From the NCBI GenBank assembly GCA_904063045.1, contig CAJFCJ010000009.1, positions 1,984,968 to 2,048,967 of the forward strand: a stretch of 64,000 nucleotides of DNA, read 5' to 3'. A model generated the notes under the pieces. That model was given only the letters and a program-made list of their open reading frames with translations. It was not told the DNA's origin and did no database searches. Both the position numbers and the translations under genes were made by a program. This DNA is from Dimorphilus gyrociliatus (lineage: Eukaryota > Animalia > Annelida). This document shows positions 40,220 to 53,075 of this stretch, piece after piece (the first letter of the stretch is position 1; every line of letters begins with the position of its first letter).

Positions 40220-43200
40220 ATGGAAAGAAACAGTCGTAAAAATTCTCTAAGAAAGGAATTAGCCGAGAGCGAAGTTCGTTGGTTCTATTCTGAGCCATTT
40301 AAATCTCAAGAATGGGTTTCCTTTATGGGCAATGATTCGTTAAATTTAGAAAGAAGTTATAGACAATTCATCGGAGACAATAAAGAATTTTCAAAGGTTC
40401 TAGTTCGTGGCAATCTTTACGAAGTTGATTTAAAATTAAAGCAATCCTCTCCGATATTTTGGTCAAAAAGAGAAGGTAGTAACGCCTAATTTGTGATATT
40501 TTTCAAAAAGAACTAAAAACAAATCTTAAAAAAAGAGGATGAATGCCAAATTCGAAGAGGAACGTGGTTTAATGACAATTGGGAACCTTTAGATGAAGCA
40601 TTATCCGATGTTATCGAATATCATCATAGAATATATATATCAAAAAATGAGAATAAAGTTGGAAGATTCGAAAGATTCAAAAGTACTGTTCAAGAAGTTA
40701 TTCAAGGTTTCTTATCATAGCATTTAATCCTATATTTCACCTTTTATGTTATACGTTGAAGGTCCATATACGATTTTAATAGATCAAAAGAAAGTAGAAT
40801 GGCATTCAGAACATGAAGTTGGTTTTAGATAATTATGTAAATTTATCTAATTATTCACTGTAGGCTTAATTATTTAATTCAAGGTATTCTTAATTGACGA
40901 CCAAGCAGGCGCAAAATTAATTAAATCATTAACAATCAAAATTGGTTTAAGTAGAGCTGGTATGAAACTACATAGAGGATTTATAGATGAAGCATCCGAG
41001 TTAGATAGATTACCCGAAGTTTCACATTTAGTATTAGTCGTTCATGGCGTAGGTCAATATATGCTTAAAAAGAATTTAACTAAAGAAGGTGACATTATTG
41101 CCTCAACACTTACGTAATGAACAGTTTTTTATTTGAGATATCTCTTCACTAAAATTTGAGTTTTAATACGAATATTTTAGATTAAAGAACGCATGTTCAA
41201 GTATACTTCAAGACGATTTAGAAGGTAAATATAGAATAGAATTTTTACCAATACAATGGCGAAACAATATTGAACTTGACGAAGGTTAACTTTTCATCTA
41301 TTTGTATTTAATTGGTTATATTAATGAATTTCAATTTACCCTCAGATTATTTTAGTAACATTACTCCGTCGAAACCAAGAGCAGTAAGAGACGCTATACA
41401 ATCTACATTCATCGATCTTTTATACTATATGTCGCCAATATACAACTTAAAAGTTTTGAATAGCTTAAAGAATGAATTTAATAGAATTTATAAGTTATTT
41501 AGTAAATATAATCCAGAATTTACAAAAAAAGGAAAAATCTCAATTGTGGCTCACTCTTTAGGAGCGTAAGCTTAAACAATATAGATTGAATTATGATTAT
41601 TTATTAAGTTATTATAATTATTAGAGTAATGTCTTATGATCTACTTATGAATTGGAATCCCTCTAAAGCATTTTCTACCTATCTTCAACAAAATAGGGTA
41701 ATGGATAGATGTCTTATCACTGTAGGCTGAAATGAGATTACTTTTGTTTTCAGACTCAGCAAACTAATGGAAAATCCACTAAGAAAGTGGGGATAAATTT
41801 GTATCCATTGATATCAGAGTAATCTTAATTTAAAATAGTTTTTTAGCAATCAAAGATAGAAAAACTATATGTATTTATATATATTCTATTTTTCTTCAAT
41901 TTTTATAGTCGTTTCGAAACAAGACCCGATGAATATCTTAGTCAACCTTTCTTTATAAATTTTAAAGTATTTCACATTTCAGTTTGCTTATTACATTACC
42001 ACTGAAAATTTAGTTTTACCCTCCTTTCCCTTTTCAAAAATTAATAAGGTAGAGAATCTAATATGTATAGGTTCTCCTTTAGGTGTTTTTCTAATCTTAA
42101 GAGGATTTATACCTCCAAAATTATGTATGGAAAGAGATTTATTCCCAAGTTCAGCGTTCAAAAATTTCTTGAATGTCTATCATCCTTTAGATGCAGTGGT
42201 AAAATTTTAGATATTTTTCTACTTACTCTTTGGCTATTTTACAAACTTATAGGCCTATCGAATAGAACCTTTACTTAGAGATAAATATAAAGATTACAAA
42301 CCTGTAAAAATAAGGAATATTGATGAAAAATTTTGTACAATGTTAGAATATAATCGGATGCCGTTAATGAGGTTAAAACGAAATAGAAAAGGTTCAACAG
42401 ATTTATCAACAGTAACAAATAGTAAGTTTATACTATATTTAATTAACCTATATTTAACATTGAAAAATAGAGGAACTATTATATTGTAATTTTAAACTGT
42501 TGAACAGTTAAAATTCGAAGACGTTTCAAGAACAATGATATTTTAGGTATAAATAATATACTTAGAAAATTAAAACTAACTAAGGTATGACCTACTTTCT
42601 TTCTAATTGTTATTTATATTTAACAAGCTATTTATTTATTTATCTTTAAAATTAGGAAGATAATCTTGAAAAAATAAGGAAGAAAGTAGATGATAAACAG
42701 ATAAAATTATCAAAAAATTCTTCTTCCGGTTTAAGAACTTCAAAGCGTAGTTTTGATTTACCGATTATTAGTTGTTTAGATGCGGAAAGTGGTAAGAAAA
42801 AACAATAAAAAAGTTTGTAAATATTGATTATTAGGATATATTCTTCTAACTATTTGTTAGAAGTTGATACATTTAAGGATGAAATGAAAGATAGGCAAGA
42901 AGCAACCGTTGCAGAAACCTTAGGAATTGCTGGTCTTTTGGGTAATATTGTGAGTGTAGAAAATATTATATATCATCAATGAATACCAAGTTATAATATA
43001 TTAAACTCTTTATGTACCCATTCTCTACCTCTAAGCATAAAAAAAGTTATAGGAAGCAAGTTGAAAAGAATAGTCGAGAAGAATTCGCTGAGGAAAATTT
43101 GCAAAACTCCCGAGAAAAATCTGATTCATCTACAGAATCTTTCGAGGAAATGAATCGTATGCCAATTATATATATATATATATATATACTGTATATATAT

Positions 43201-43417
43201 ATATTTGCTGTATGTATACTTTACGATAGGTTTAATGAAGAGATATGATTTTGAATTGAAAGAAACGACATTAGAAAATAATCTTTTCTCGCCTATATCA
43301 GCAGTTATGGCACATTTAAACTACTGGAATAATCCAGATCTTGCCCTGTTCATCCTACAGCAATTAACATCCGATAGTTACATTAAAGAACAATTAAAGA
43401 ATATCCATAAGCTTTAA
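40220..43417 (+). CDS. DDHD1: Phospholipase DDHD1-like (PA-preferring PLA1), multi-exon
   Basis: EVRWFY, FMGNDSLNLE, VLVRGNLYEVD, HLVLVVHGVGQ, EFLPIQWR, the lipase nucleophile motif SIVAHSLG, CIGSPLGVFL, NVYHPLDAVAYRIEPL and the C-terminal AHLNYWNNPDLALFI. Confidence 0.88.
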
Positions 43418-43478
43418 AATCTTAATACAATATTCTAAATCTCGATAAAAAAAACATATTAGAATATATAAAACCCTT

Positions 43479-43490
43479 TAGATGGCGCTA
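43479..43490 (+). promoter_or_regulatory. CTCF-like motif TAGATGGCGCTA
   Basis: Match to the invertebrate CTCF core (TAGATGGCGC) in intergenic DNA just past DDHD1. Confidence 0.45.
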
Positions 43491-45605
43491 AAGTACAGTT
43501 TGTACTGAAACAAACTATCACAACAAACTATACTAGGTACGTATAGGCCGAAATTTAAAAAGCGTAAATTTATCGTTCAAGGATACTTGTATGATTTACA
43601 ACAATAATAATAATAGTAGAAAAAAAAATTGAAGATGGAAAATTGACAGAAACAAATCAATATAAATGAAACTGTCGCCATTTTATCGAATTTAAAAAGT
43701 ACTTAATAAGTTATAATTAATTTTTCTGACTAATAAAAAGAAAAAAGAGATAATACAAAATACTTTATTAATTAAAGTAAAGAGAAAACATCTGTTTATT
43801 ACTGTTAAAGGTCATTTTATGATTTTAGTACGTTATTTAATATACGTTGTTAAAACAACAGAAATCTATATAAACAATATATTGTATATACTGTATATAT
43901 ATCTATATATGATAGATATAAAGGAACATTTATTTCGTAAAAGAGAAAATATAATATAAACTAGGCTGGACTGTTTATTTTGTTTTTTTTTATTTAAAAT
44001 AGGCCAACTAACTGTTTTTTTCCTGGAAAATTCCATTCTATTCTACAGTTTAAATTACCGTTTTTTTCGTATAAGCTAATATAAATAAAATACAAAATAA
44101 CAGCGAATAAAACTGAGAGAAAATATATTAAAATATAATAAAAAAAGAAAAGGACATAGAGATAGAAAGGGAGTGGAATAACGATTGATAACCGTTATTA
44201 ATCTCTTCGAAGGGAAACAATAGCTTATATTGTTGTATAATGTAAATGTGTGAAAGTAGTCCTATGAGAGAAATATTTGAATAAAAAAAAAAGAGACCCA
44301 ATGATTAATAGACATGTTGAAAATATATATAAAAAAGATAGGTAGAAACCTTAGATGATGGGAATGGTTGCTATTGTTGCTATTGTTACTCTCTTAGTTT
44401 TTATTGATATTGAGTGATAGTTAATCATCTGTATTTAATGCACATATAAATAAATATTTATAATAATAAAACAGATATTAATAGCAAAATCACCTTAAAA
44501 ATGAACAAAAATCTAGGTAAATAATGTAGGAAGTTATATATAATTACCCCAATAGCAATTGTTATTATAAGCCGAGGTCTACGTGTCGACTTGAGCATAC
44601 GCTTTAACATATTGCAGTTTTTTTTTTATTTCACTTTAAGTGTAACACAACAGTACATAGGTTAATGTCATTGAATACGCTTAATAGTCTTGCATACGAA
44701 TTGTATGAAGTCAAGTGTAGGTCATTGCAGAGATGATAATAAAAACTCTTATAGGGAAGAAGATGATAATAGAATCATTTGTAAAACTTTAATGATATTT
44801 GTAGTAAATAAATGAATATCGTTTAGTAGAGTTGTATTTACTTTTATTATAGTATTTTATTATAGGAGATAAAGGGGGAGAAAAGGGATTTCGTTAGCTG
44901 TGTGATCATGCTGTTTAAGCAATTGAATAGTTTGTATTGCTCTAATCAATTAGAAGAGTATGAAAAATGATATTTTCATTTACGCAGCAAGGCTCCATTG
45001 AATATTAATTTATGTGCAACTAAACATTTATTAACCTCAAATAAACTTTTGACCTTTATTTTTACACAATTATTAACGGTTTTTACTTTTTCACCAAAAA
45101 AAGAGCTAAAGATGGGTGCGTGCAGAGGACGATTGAAAGTCACCTTCAGCTATGGAATTTTTATAGGCCTGTCTCAATACACTCTTCTGTAGAAAAAAAA
45201 TCCTCTACTGTCGGCCAACTCCCCACCCCCTGCTGTATAGATTTTGCGCACGTACATCAATGCCTGGACGGCTTTTCGTAGTATTTTATTGTATTTGTCG
45301 TTAAGGCAATCGATGAAACATTTTATCACAAACTCTTAATAGCAGCAATTCGACTGATAATTATCAAGGAAATCTGATTTTGATAAAAAAAGCATCGTTG
45401 ATAGGACTATTCGCGTACAAACCAATAAATCTCTCTTAAAACCCAAATCACAAAAAATGTATACTTAGTAATTTTTTATACATAAAAACTACATTTTTAC
45501 AATAGAAAGATTATTATACTATTATTTAAAATGCTTTTTAAAGAATTTATCCTTACTCCTCTCCTCCCAGACAACCTATTCAAAAATGTAGAGCAAGCTA
45601 CGGTG

Positions 45606-45663
45606 ATTGGCTATAGTAGGCTTTCTATGTCACGTCAGCCGCTTTCCCTAGACTGTATAAAAA
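45606..45663 (+). promoter_or_regulatory. Myohemerythrin core promoter: reverse CCAAT (45606-45610), CACGTCA (45631) and TATA box TATAAAAA (45656-45663)
   Basis: Motif matches at plausible spacing, with the TATA about 140 bp upstream of the ATG at 45802. Confidence 0.55.
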
Positions 45664-45801
45664 GCGGTTTGGAACTAGAAATTATTATAACTATCGGTTG
45701 AATTCGAACTGAGTGAGGTTCAATTTCAGTTGAAATCTACAGCACAACTTTGCAAATCTTTTGAAGTATTTTACTTTGCAACAAAACAAGAATCTTTAGA
45801 A

Positions 45802-46381
45802 ATGGCTCATCCAATCCCTAAACCATTCAAATGGAGCAACGAATTCGAAGTTTTCGTAAGTTCTCTTTATATTCTCTCTTTTATTGTAAACGTATTTATT
45901 ATATTTATACGTATTTCATAGTATGCCAACTTGGACGACGAACACCGTGGTCTCTTCGACGGAATCTTTGCTTGTGGTGAGGCTAACACTGCTGAGAACT
46001 ATGGAGCTCTTGTCGAAAAAGTCAAGACTCATTTCGCCAACGAGGAAAAAATGATGAGCTCTTCCAACTACGCTAACTTTGCTACCCATAAACAGGCTCA
46101 TGATGAATTTGTTGGTAAGTCTTAAAAAAAAACGATAAAAAGTAATTACAAGAGATTTGGGCGTGAAGCAATAGAGATATTTGATGCCTTGCAATTACTT
46201 TATTCTGTTTTGTAAACAAATATCCAAAAAGAGAGAGTTTCTATATATCTTAAAAAACTTTATAGGAAAATGTGGTGGACTTTCTGCTCCTTTGTCTGAT
46301 GATAATCTCATCTACTTGCAACAATGGCTCGTTGACCACATCAAGGGCATCGACTTCAAGTACAAAGGCAAATTGAACTAG
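45802..46381 (+). CDS. Myohemerythrin, 120 aa. Exons 45802-45855, 45922-46114, 46266-46381
   Basis: [30 protein letters not shown]...THFANEE...THKQAHDEF...GGLSAPLSDD...WLVDHIKGIDFKYKGKLN*. All seven di-iron ligands (5 His, Glu, Asp) are present, plus the C-D loop insert typical of myoHr. Confidence 0.97.
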
Positions 46382-46774
46382 ACGATTGAACAAGAACAAG
46401 ATTGAAGAGATAATGTTATTATAACATTAGTGTTTTTTTTCTTTGAGATAGATAGATTTATCTGCAGTTTAAAAAAAAATTATAGCATTATCTTCGTATT
46501 ACTACAGTACTATACTGAATAGTGTTTGTCTTTTGTATTAATTATTATTTTCAATGAATAAACATTGAGGGAAAATGGTAGAGAAAAAAAAATGAAAAAA
46601 CAATCTTCTTCTTTGTACCTAATGTATTCTTACAACTAGACTATTGTATAAATATTTGAAAACATCGATTCAAAAAATAGGCCAATTGTTGTATTCGATA
46701 TAAAACAAAGTATATGGTAAAGATTATTTTATAAAGTTCGAATAGTTTAACTAACAATAGAAAGTAAATCCGAT

Positions 46775-49746
46775 TCAATTTAACTTTGATCTAAATTGAT
46801 TAATTTCGTGAATACTTCTTGATAATCTAAAAGTAATAAGTTATATATAAGTATAAAGGTAATCTGTTAATAAATGTATACAACCTTCCAAATGCATTAA
46901 ACAGAGAAACAATTTCCGTTCTTTTCAATTGTAGATTATTGCAATTTGTTTCCGTATTTAAAGGTGATTTACACTGTTGATCTTCGTTTGTAAAAAGTAT
47001 TTTTAACGCTGTTCCTAATCCTCTTGTTTGTAATTTACCCCATAATCTACATTTATCGCAACCAACGCAATCCATTATTTTTGATATATTTCTAAAATGA
47101 GATTTAAACTCTTCCTATAATTTAACGATCAATGATTAAGTAATAATAGACTACTAAATCTTATTAAATATTTTAATCTCACTTTTAATTTAATAGGATT
47201 ATTAAATTCATCTTTAAATAATTGAGTTTCATCAAAATGTGCTGGAAAGCTTGAAATTTCCGATAAAAACTCTTTTACTAGATTTTTTACATGGCGATCT
47301 TCAGTTTGGTTTCCGGTGTAATATGATTCCTAAATATTCAGCAAGAAAAGATTTTTTTTGAATAGGGAATAAGTAATACAACAAAAAAAACCCCAGCCTT
47401 TACCTTATTTAAATAAGGAGCAGCTTTGGCAATAGCTCGTAATTCGACTAGATAAGTAAAATACAAATTTTTTAATCTTTGTGGACCCTCCCCATCGGTT
47501 GTTACAGGATCAAATCTCCTTTTGAATTCTTTAACATTGGGTCCCCATGTTACTTTGTTTGTAAAAGGATCTAAAAATAATGAAAATTTCAGTAAAAAAT
47601 ACCTATCTTAAACGCAACAAAGCCTATTATGTAAATTATTCATTATTATACTGTATATAATACCTTTGAATTGCCATATAGCTGTCAAATGGGTGCTGAT
47701 ACTGGAATGTAATCCCGAAACTAGTCTATAAAACACCCGTTTTTCCAAGCACATAACTGTTAAATACAACAGATAAAAAAAATCGTTTTTAATATTTTCT
47801 AATATAAATATTTGAAAGAGAAACTTGAACGTTATATTTTAAATTATTCTATTTTATACAATAAAGCCCTTAAAGTTTTAACTATTTTCAATATAGACTT
47901 TTACATAATTCCCAAGAAATTAGAAAGTTATAATTGAGAAATGAACAATAAGAAGTAAAAGAATAGACAAAAGTTTATAATATAAGCTGTGCAGAGATTT
48001 TTCGACTGGTGTATATCAAAAGATGAAAAATAAAAAAAAATTTCAAATATGCTACGCTAATTTAAATAAATTATTCATAATACCTTTTAGTTTGGTTTCT
48101 ATTGCTAATTAATTAACTAATTAATAAATTATTCAAGTATAGTTAACGTACGTATGTTATATAGGTTAATTAATTTTAAATTATTCGAGAAGAACTTGAT
48201 TTTTGTTTTTTTATTACAATTTACAAACAAACGTACGCAAACGTAGACAACTTGTTACATTCCCTTCCCCTTATTTCCCATAAGTATTTTTCACTAAACT
48301 TCTACTATTTCTTAATCCGTCTAGCCCCAAAATGGGAAATAATAAAAGGAAAGTAGACAATCATTCACTTAAAAAAGAATTATAAAAGTAGCATAAAAGC
48401 GGTTTGTTATACCTGTAGAACTGCTAGGTTGTTTAGAGTCTATTTATGGTAAATTTTTTAATATAATTTTTTAGGTATTAGTCATCATTGAGTGAATTTT
48501 AAGTAAAATGGGAAAGGATTTTGTCATATTCAAAAAATTTTTTGTCACGTACCTTTATCAGCTGACTGAATGTAGGCTATGTAATCATTAGCCTCTGGTC
48601 TATTGTTAATTTAATAGTTAATAGATAGTAAATTTATATTTCTTTTTTGTTTGTTTTTCTTACTTGAAACAGTTCTCTTCGTATATGGAATTCCAGATTT
48701 TATGAGCCGAAGGTCCATTATAGCCTGTATAACGTTCTGGATTTAATTGAAGGTCAACGTAGGAAGAACTTTCTGAACTATCATCTATTGGTATAGATAA
48801 AAAAAAGATACCACGTTACGTTTGGACTTTTAATACTAGATTGCAAAAAAAAAACCGTCTAGTTCGCAAAAGTTATCTTGAGCATCGTCATGTTTTTTCC
48901 AACTGTCAAATGCCTCTTTATCCTCAATACTAATCGTTCGATCTAATTTTCCTAAAGTGCCCTTATTATCATCACATTTTTCTCCTTGACTCTCTTTGCT
49001 ATGCTAAAGTAGAGAAAAACAATATTCAAGCAAGTGTTATAAACTTTTCCTCATTTCTTTAAAAATAGATGAATACTTTATATTTAGAATCTTCATCCTT
49101 TATTCCATCTGGCAATTGGGTCTGTAATAATAAGAAATTATAATAAATTAACTCATATATTCTACTATTACTTGTTTATTTATAAATTATAATTATTCAA
49201 GGTGACTTTGATGGAGTAAAAAAAATAAAAAAAATCGATAAAACAGCACAAACCTCTTCACATTGGTTGACGTGGCAATCTTTAGAACTACATTGGGAAT
49301 TATCTTTCCAAAATGGGCAGTCTTTATTCAAATTAACCTAATTAATTATAAACTAATTAGTGACGATAATAAGAAATTCTTAGAATTACCTTGAAAAATT
49401 TAAAATAATCTCTCTGAAGAATGTTCTGTAGTCTTGGATAGAGCTTTAAGTTGTTTAAACTATCCACATTATTAACTGAACAAGTACAATGATCAACGTC
49501 ACTGTTCAACTGTAAATATATATATATATATATATATATATTAGTTTAATAGTTTTCATTTTACCTTAAAATTTAACATAAATATAGATATTTGTTTTTG
49601 AAAAGCGAAAATAAAGTACCCTTTCTAAACGAGAAAAAATATATACAAACCTCACAAAAACAACTTTCTTTGCCATTTTCCGTCCAGCAATACTCTATTA
49701 GGATTAAGAAATAGAAAAAATGACAAATTTTAAACTTATTAAGCAT
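46775..49746 (-). CDS. ERO1: ER oxidoreductin ERO1-like, multi-exon
   Basis: Signal-like N-terminus, then [14 protein letters not shown], the outer site [37 protein letters not shown], the inner site [16 protein letters not shown] and [19 protein letters not shown]. The stop is at 46775-46777. Confidence 0.96.
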
Positions 49747-50150
49747 CTTTAACAATTGTAATATGACTTCTGAAAAGTTTGCGGTAGATTCTCATCGAAC
49801 AACTCAACGTCTTTAAAATGTAAACATTGCTCAATACGTGAGACGTATGTCATTTTTTTAAAAGTCAACGTGTACTTAAATAAAAGTTTTCATATAAAAG
49901 CTATTTATAAAATATATAATTAATTGTCTTATCATTATTAACCATAGTACTTTGTTTTATAAAGTAAATTTTAAATATGTATTTTCTATTGCGCAATATT
50001 TAGAAAAGAAAAATCTTTGGTTTTTATTTTCATAAAGTATTCTTACAGAAAAGATTACAAAAATCTTAGATATCTATTTCTTTCATTTTGAAAGCTTTAA
50101 GTAGTGATATGTATTTATTATTAATTATGATTTATTTATTCCATACGTTT

Positions 50151-50165
50151 AACGCCATCTATTGG
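50151..50165 (-). promoter_or_regulatory. CTCF-like motif CCAATAGATGGCGTT in the ERO1/NUDT14 bidirectional promoter
   Basis: Close match to CCASYAGRKGGC, about 55 bp upstream of the NUDT14 ATG. Confidence 0.5.
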
Positions 50166-50219
50166 TGTTAATTTTGGTGATAACTGGTAAAGAGATAGAT
50201 AAATTTAATAGCCAAAAAA

Positions 50220-51166
50220 ATGGATAAAGTGGAAAATGTGAGACTTGTCGAAATGGGACAATCAAACTTTATTAAACCTTATAGAATACTCTTTAAGCAG
50301 GTTCGAATTATGTTTACGGGAACTTAAAAGTTCAATATTTTAAAAAAGGGAATATCTCTTCACTCATTCTAGTTTTGCTTTAATCTCACAGAATAAGAAA
50401 GATAGAATTTGGGATGGAATTAAAGTTCACGACAGTGTATCAGTTCTTATCTATAACGTAACTAGAAAGAAAATAATTGTAGTTAAACAATTTAGACCAG
50501 GTAATAATCTAATATTCAATATTTTCCACATGATTGTCTTAAATTGCATAATCAATCACACCTTGTCCATTCAACCTATTATCGCTATCAAAGCTTTCTC
50601 TTGCATCCTATTAAGAGATGTGTAATTATAGCATCTAACTTATTTATTGTTGAAATTCAGTATTCAGCTATCTTTTCCAATCATTTCGGAAATATGAAGT
50701 AATAAGACTACCATACTTTTTTTTTACAGTTGTTTATGTTTGTAACACTACTAATAACGTCCAAGAAGGAATTAGCATCGATACGAACAAAAATCCAGGA
50801 ACTAAGGGTATAACATATGAATTATGCGCAGGAATCATTGATAAAGATAAATCTGATGCTGAAATTGTAAAAGATGAAATTTTAGAAGAATGTGGCTACG
50901 ATGTTCCAATTGAGAATATCGAAAAAATTACCAAGTTCAAAAGTAGTGTTGGTATAGCGGGATGTACACAAACACTTTTCTATGCGGAAGTAACTGACGA
51001 TATGAAAAAGACGGAGGGAGGTGGACGCGAAGAGGAAGGAGAACTAATAGATGTTTATGAAATTCCAGCTGATGAATGTTTAAAATTTGCAATGGATGAA
51101 TCATACGACAAACCAGTTGGAATGATTTTCGGTCTTCACTGGTTTCATATGTATAAATTAAAGTAG
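50220..51166 (+). CDS. NUDT14: Nudix UDP-glucose pyrophosphatase. Exons 50220-50300, 50392-50500, 50730-51166 (missed by the ORF track)
   Basis: IWDGIKVHDSVSVLIYN, VVKQFRP, ELCAGIIDK, the Nudix box EILEECGY, SVGIAG, LFYAEVTD and GGGREEEGELIDV. Splice phases are consistent. Confidence 0.92.
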
Positions 51167-51731
51167 AAAATATACTTTATTAATATAATTAATAAAGTAT
51201 AGAAGTTTTTGTTTTGGTTTTAAAGCTGATAGTTGAAAAAAAAACATCTCTATGTAATAAATAACAACACTTAAAAACAAAATTTCAATATCACGTGATT
51301 TATTCCTTTATTAAATCTTTCATTGATTTTTTTTCATTTATATTTCAGTATTAATCTAAACATTGAAATTTCCCTAGAACTATTCAAAAAGAGTTTTTAA
51401 AATAAACGATACCGATAGGCAGAATATTTTTCCCTTTGAACAGCTCTTTTTATCTTGTCGTATGTTATGTTTACCTTATTAAATAGGTTGAAAGAGAATT
51501 TATCGTATGACAGATTGAAAATAAGAATTGATTAGAAATAATATTTCAACGAAGATAAGGAGAATAGCTATAATCGACAGTAGCTGTTTACAAATTAGTT
51601 AATTTCCTGTAAAATTTAAATACTTTAATTAAATATCGATAAATAGGCTTAAATTAGAGTACAACCAAGAAGCAAAATCAATAGTTAGTGAAAGAGAGAC
51701 GGACAGACAGAGAGAGAAAGAAAAAAGTATT

Positions 51732-53075
51732 CTACTCCTTTTCCATTTCGATATTAAAGTTATGGATATACTCTTGTAATATCGTATAATAGTAGTCCTT
51801 ATCGATTGGACTAATTTTATACTTATGATCTAATTTTCCATGGCTAACTTGCTGGTGAATATATTCAGATAATATGGATTCCGTATCATCATTCAATTCC
51901 ATTTCCAATAAACTGTACATTTTTTTAACTTGTTCTAATGGATTTCTTACAAAATCATTAAAACAAATATCTATAAATCTTGAAGATGATTCTAATGTTT
52001 TCTTTTCGCTTTCTTCAATTCTGCATCTGATTTCAAAGTAATTAACGATGGCATTAACATTTAAATCAACAACTGGTTGTTTCATTGCACTGAATTCACA
52101 TCTCCAATACGGAAAATAGATTCTCGACATTATTGAAACCAAAGATAATAATGAATTAATTGCCATAATTGGATCTCTATACAATGTAATAATTTTCGAG
52201 TCTGGGAACACTTGACAAATAGCATCTAGATTGCCCAAGCACATGTGATTCATTGCAAGCAATCTCCTCTCTTTATAATTCAACATATAACATTTAAAGT
52301 TTCTTTTCATCTTCTTGTAAATATCGATCCATTGTTTTGTTGTAATTGAATCCATGGCATGTCTAAATTCTTCCATGCCTTCCATAGAGTAGAATTGAAT
52401 AAAAAAGCCATAACAAGATAATTCAAAGTAAATATCTTCGGGATCTGTTACGTCCAAATCGTGAGTCATTTTAATATCGTTCCAAAAATTTAATGAACGA
52501 AACGTATGATGCTCTTTTTCGCATTTCTTTAATTCATTTAAGTCAAATTTAGAAAATGGATTTGAAGGTGAAATAGAAAGCGTCATTTGCATCCAAGTTT
52601 GCGGGGCAAACCACGATTTATCATTAGCCAATAGACAATGCAGGAAACTGCTTCCAGTTCTCGGTTGGGTAAAAATAAAGACAGGTTTCACTAATTCTAC
52701 TTTATCTATTAAATGACGATTATTCTTATAATAATCTTCGAATTTCGCCCGATTCTTTATACATCTAATCAAATATTGAAAAGTTACTATATGACCAAAT
52801 AAAGACATTTTAGTTTTTGATAATTCTTTAAAAATCAAAGATGTATTTTCCATAAGAAATTTATCTTCTTGCAATATTTTTTTCTCATTTTCATCAAGAT
52901 TATCATACAGTCTAGCGAGTGAACCAACAAATAGATGACAGCCAAATATTTTATAATACGCTTCTCCAACTATGTCAATTAAAAATTTCATACATATGTA
53001 TAATGATCTCATTATAATATGCATATTTAATATGTATACGTATATTAGTTCTAATTTTTTACTAATATATTTCAA
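51732..53075 (-). CDS. Sulfotransferase, Sulfotransfer_3/mycobacterial Stf-like type. Uninterrupted 447-codon ORF; the true start may be an internal Met or an upstream exon
   Basis: 5'-PSB loop PVFIFTQPRTGSSFLHCLL, 3'-PB motif KIITLYRDP, PEDIYFEL and the C-terminal F.DFVRNPLEQVKKMY. Confidence 0.8.
   Translation of the reverse strand: MKYISKKLELIYVYILNMHIIMRSLYICMKFLIDIVGEAYYKIFGCHLFVGSLARLYDNLDENEKKILQEDKFLMENTSLIFKELSKTKMSLFGHIVTFQYLIRCIKNRAKFEDYYKNNRHLIDKVELVKPVFIFTQPRTGSSFLHCLLANDKSWFAPQTWMQMTLSISPSNPFSKFDLNELKKCEKEHHTFRSLNFWNDIKMTHDLDVTDPEDIYFELSCYGFFIQFYSMEGMEEFRHAMDSITTKQWIDIYKKMKRNFKCYMLNYKERRLLAMNHMCLGNLDAICQVFPDSKIITLYRDPIMAINSLLSLVSIMSRIYFPYWRCEFSAMKQPVVDLNVNAIVNYFEIRCRIEESEKKTLESSSRFIDICFNDFVRNPLEQVKKMYSLLEMELNDDTESILSEYIHQQVSHGKLDHKYKISPIDKDYYYTILQEYIHNFNIEMEKE

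Noticed and set aside
44355-44417. 20-aa hydrophobic small ORF MMGMVAIVAIVTLLVFIDIE, a possible micropeptide
   Set aside because: The hydrophobicity comes from a short tandem repeat (gttgctatt x2), and there is no promoter or conservation evidence.
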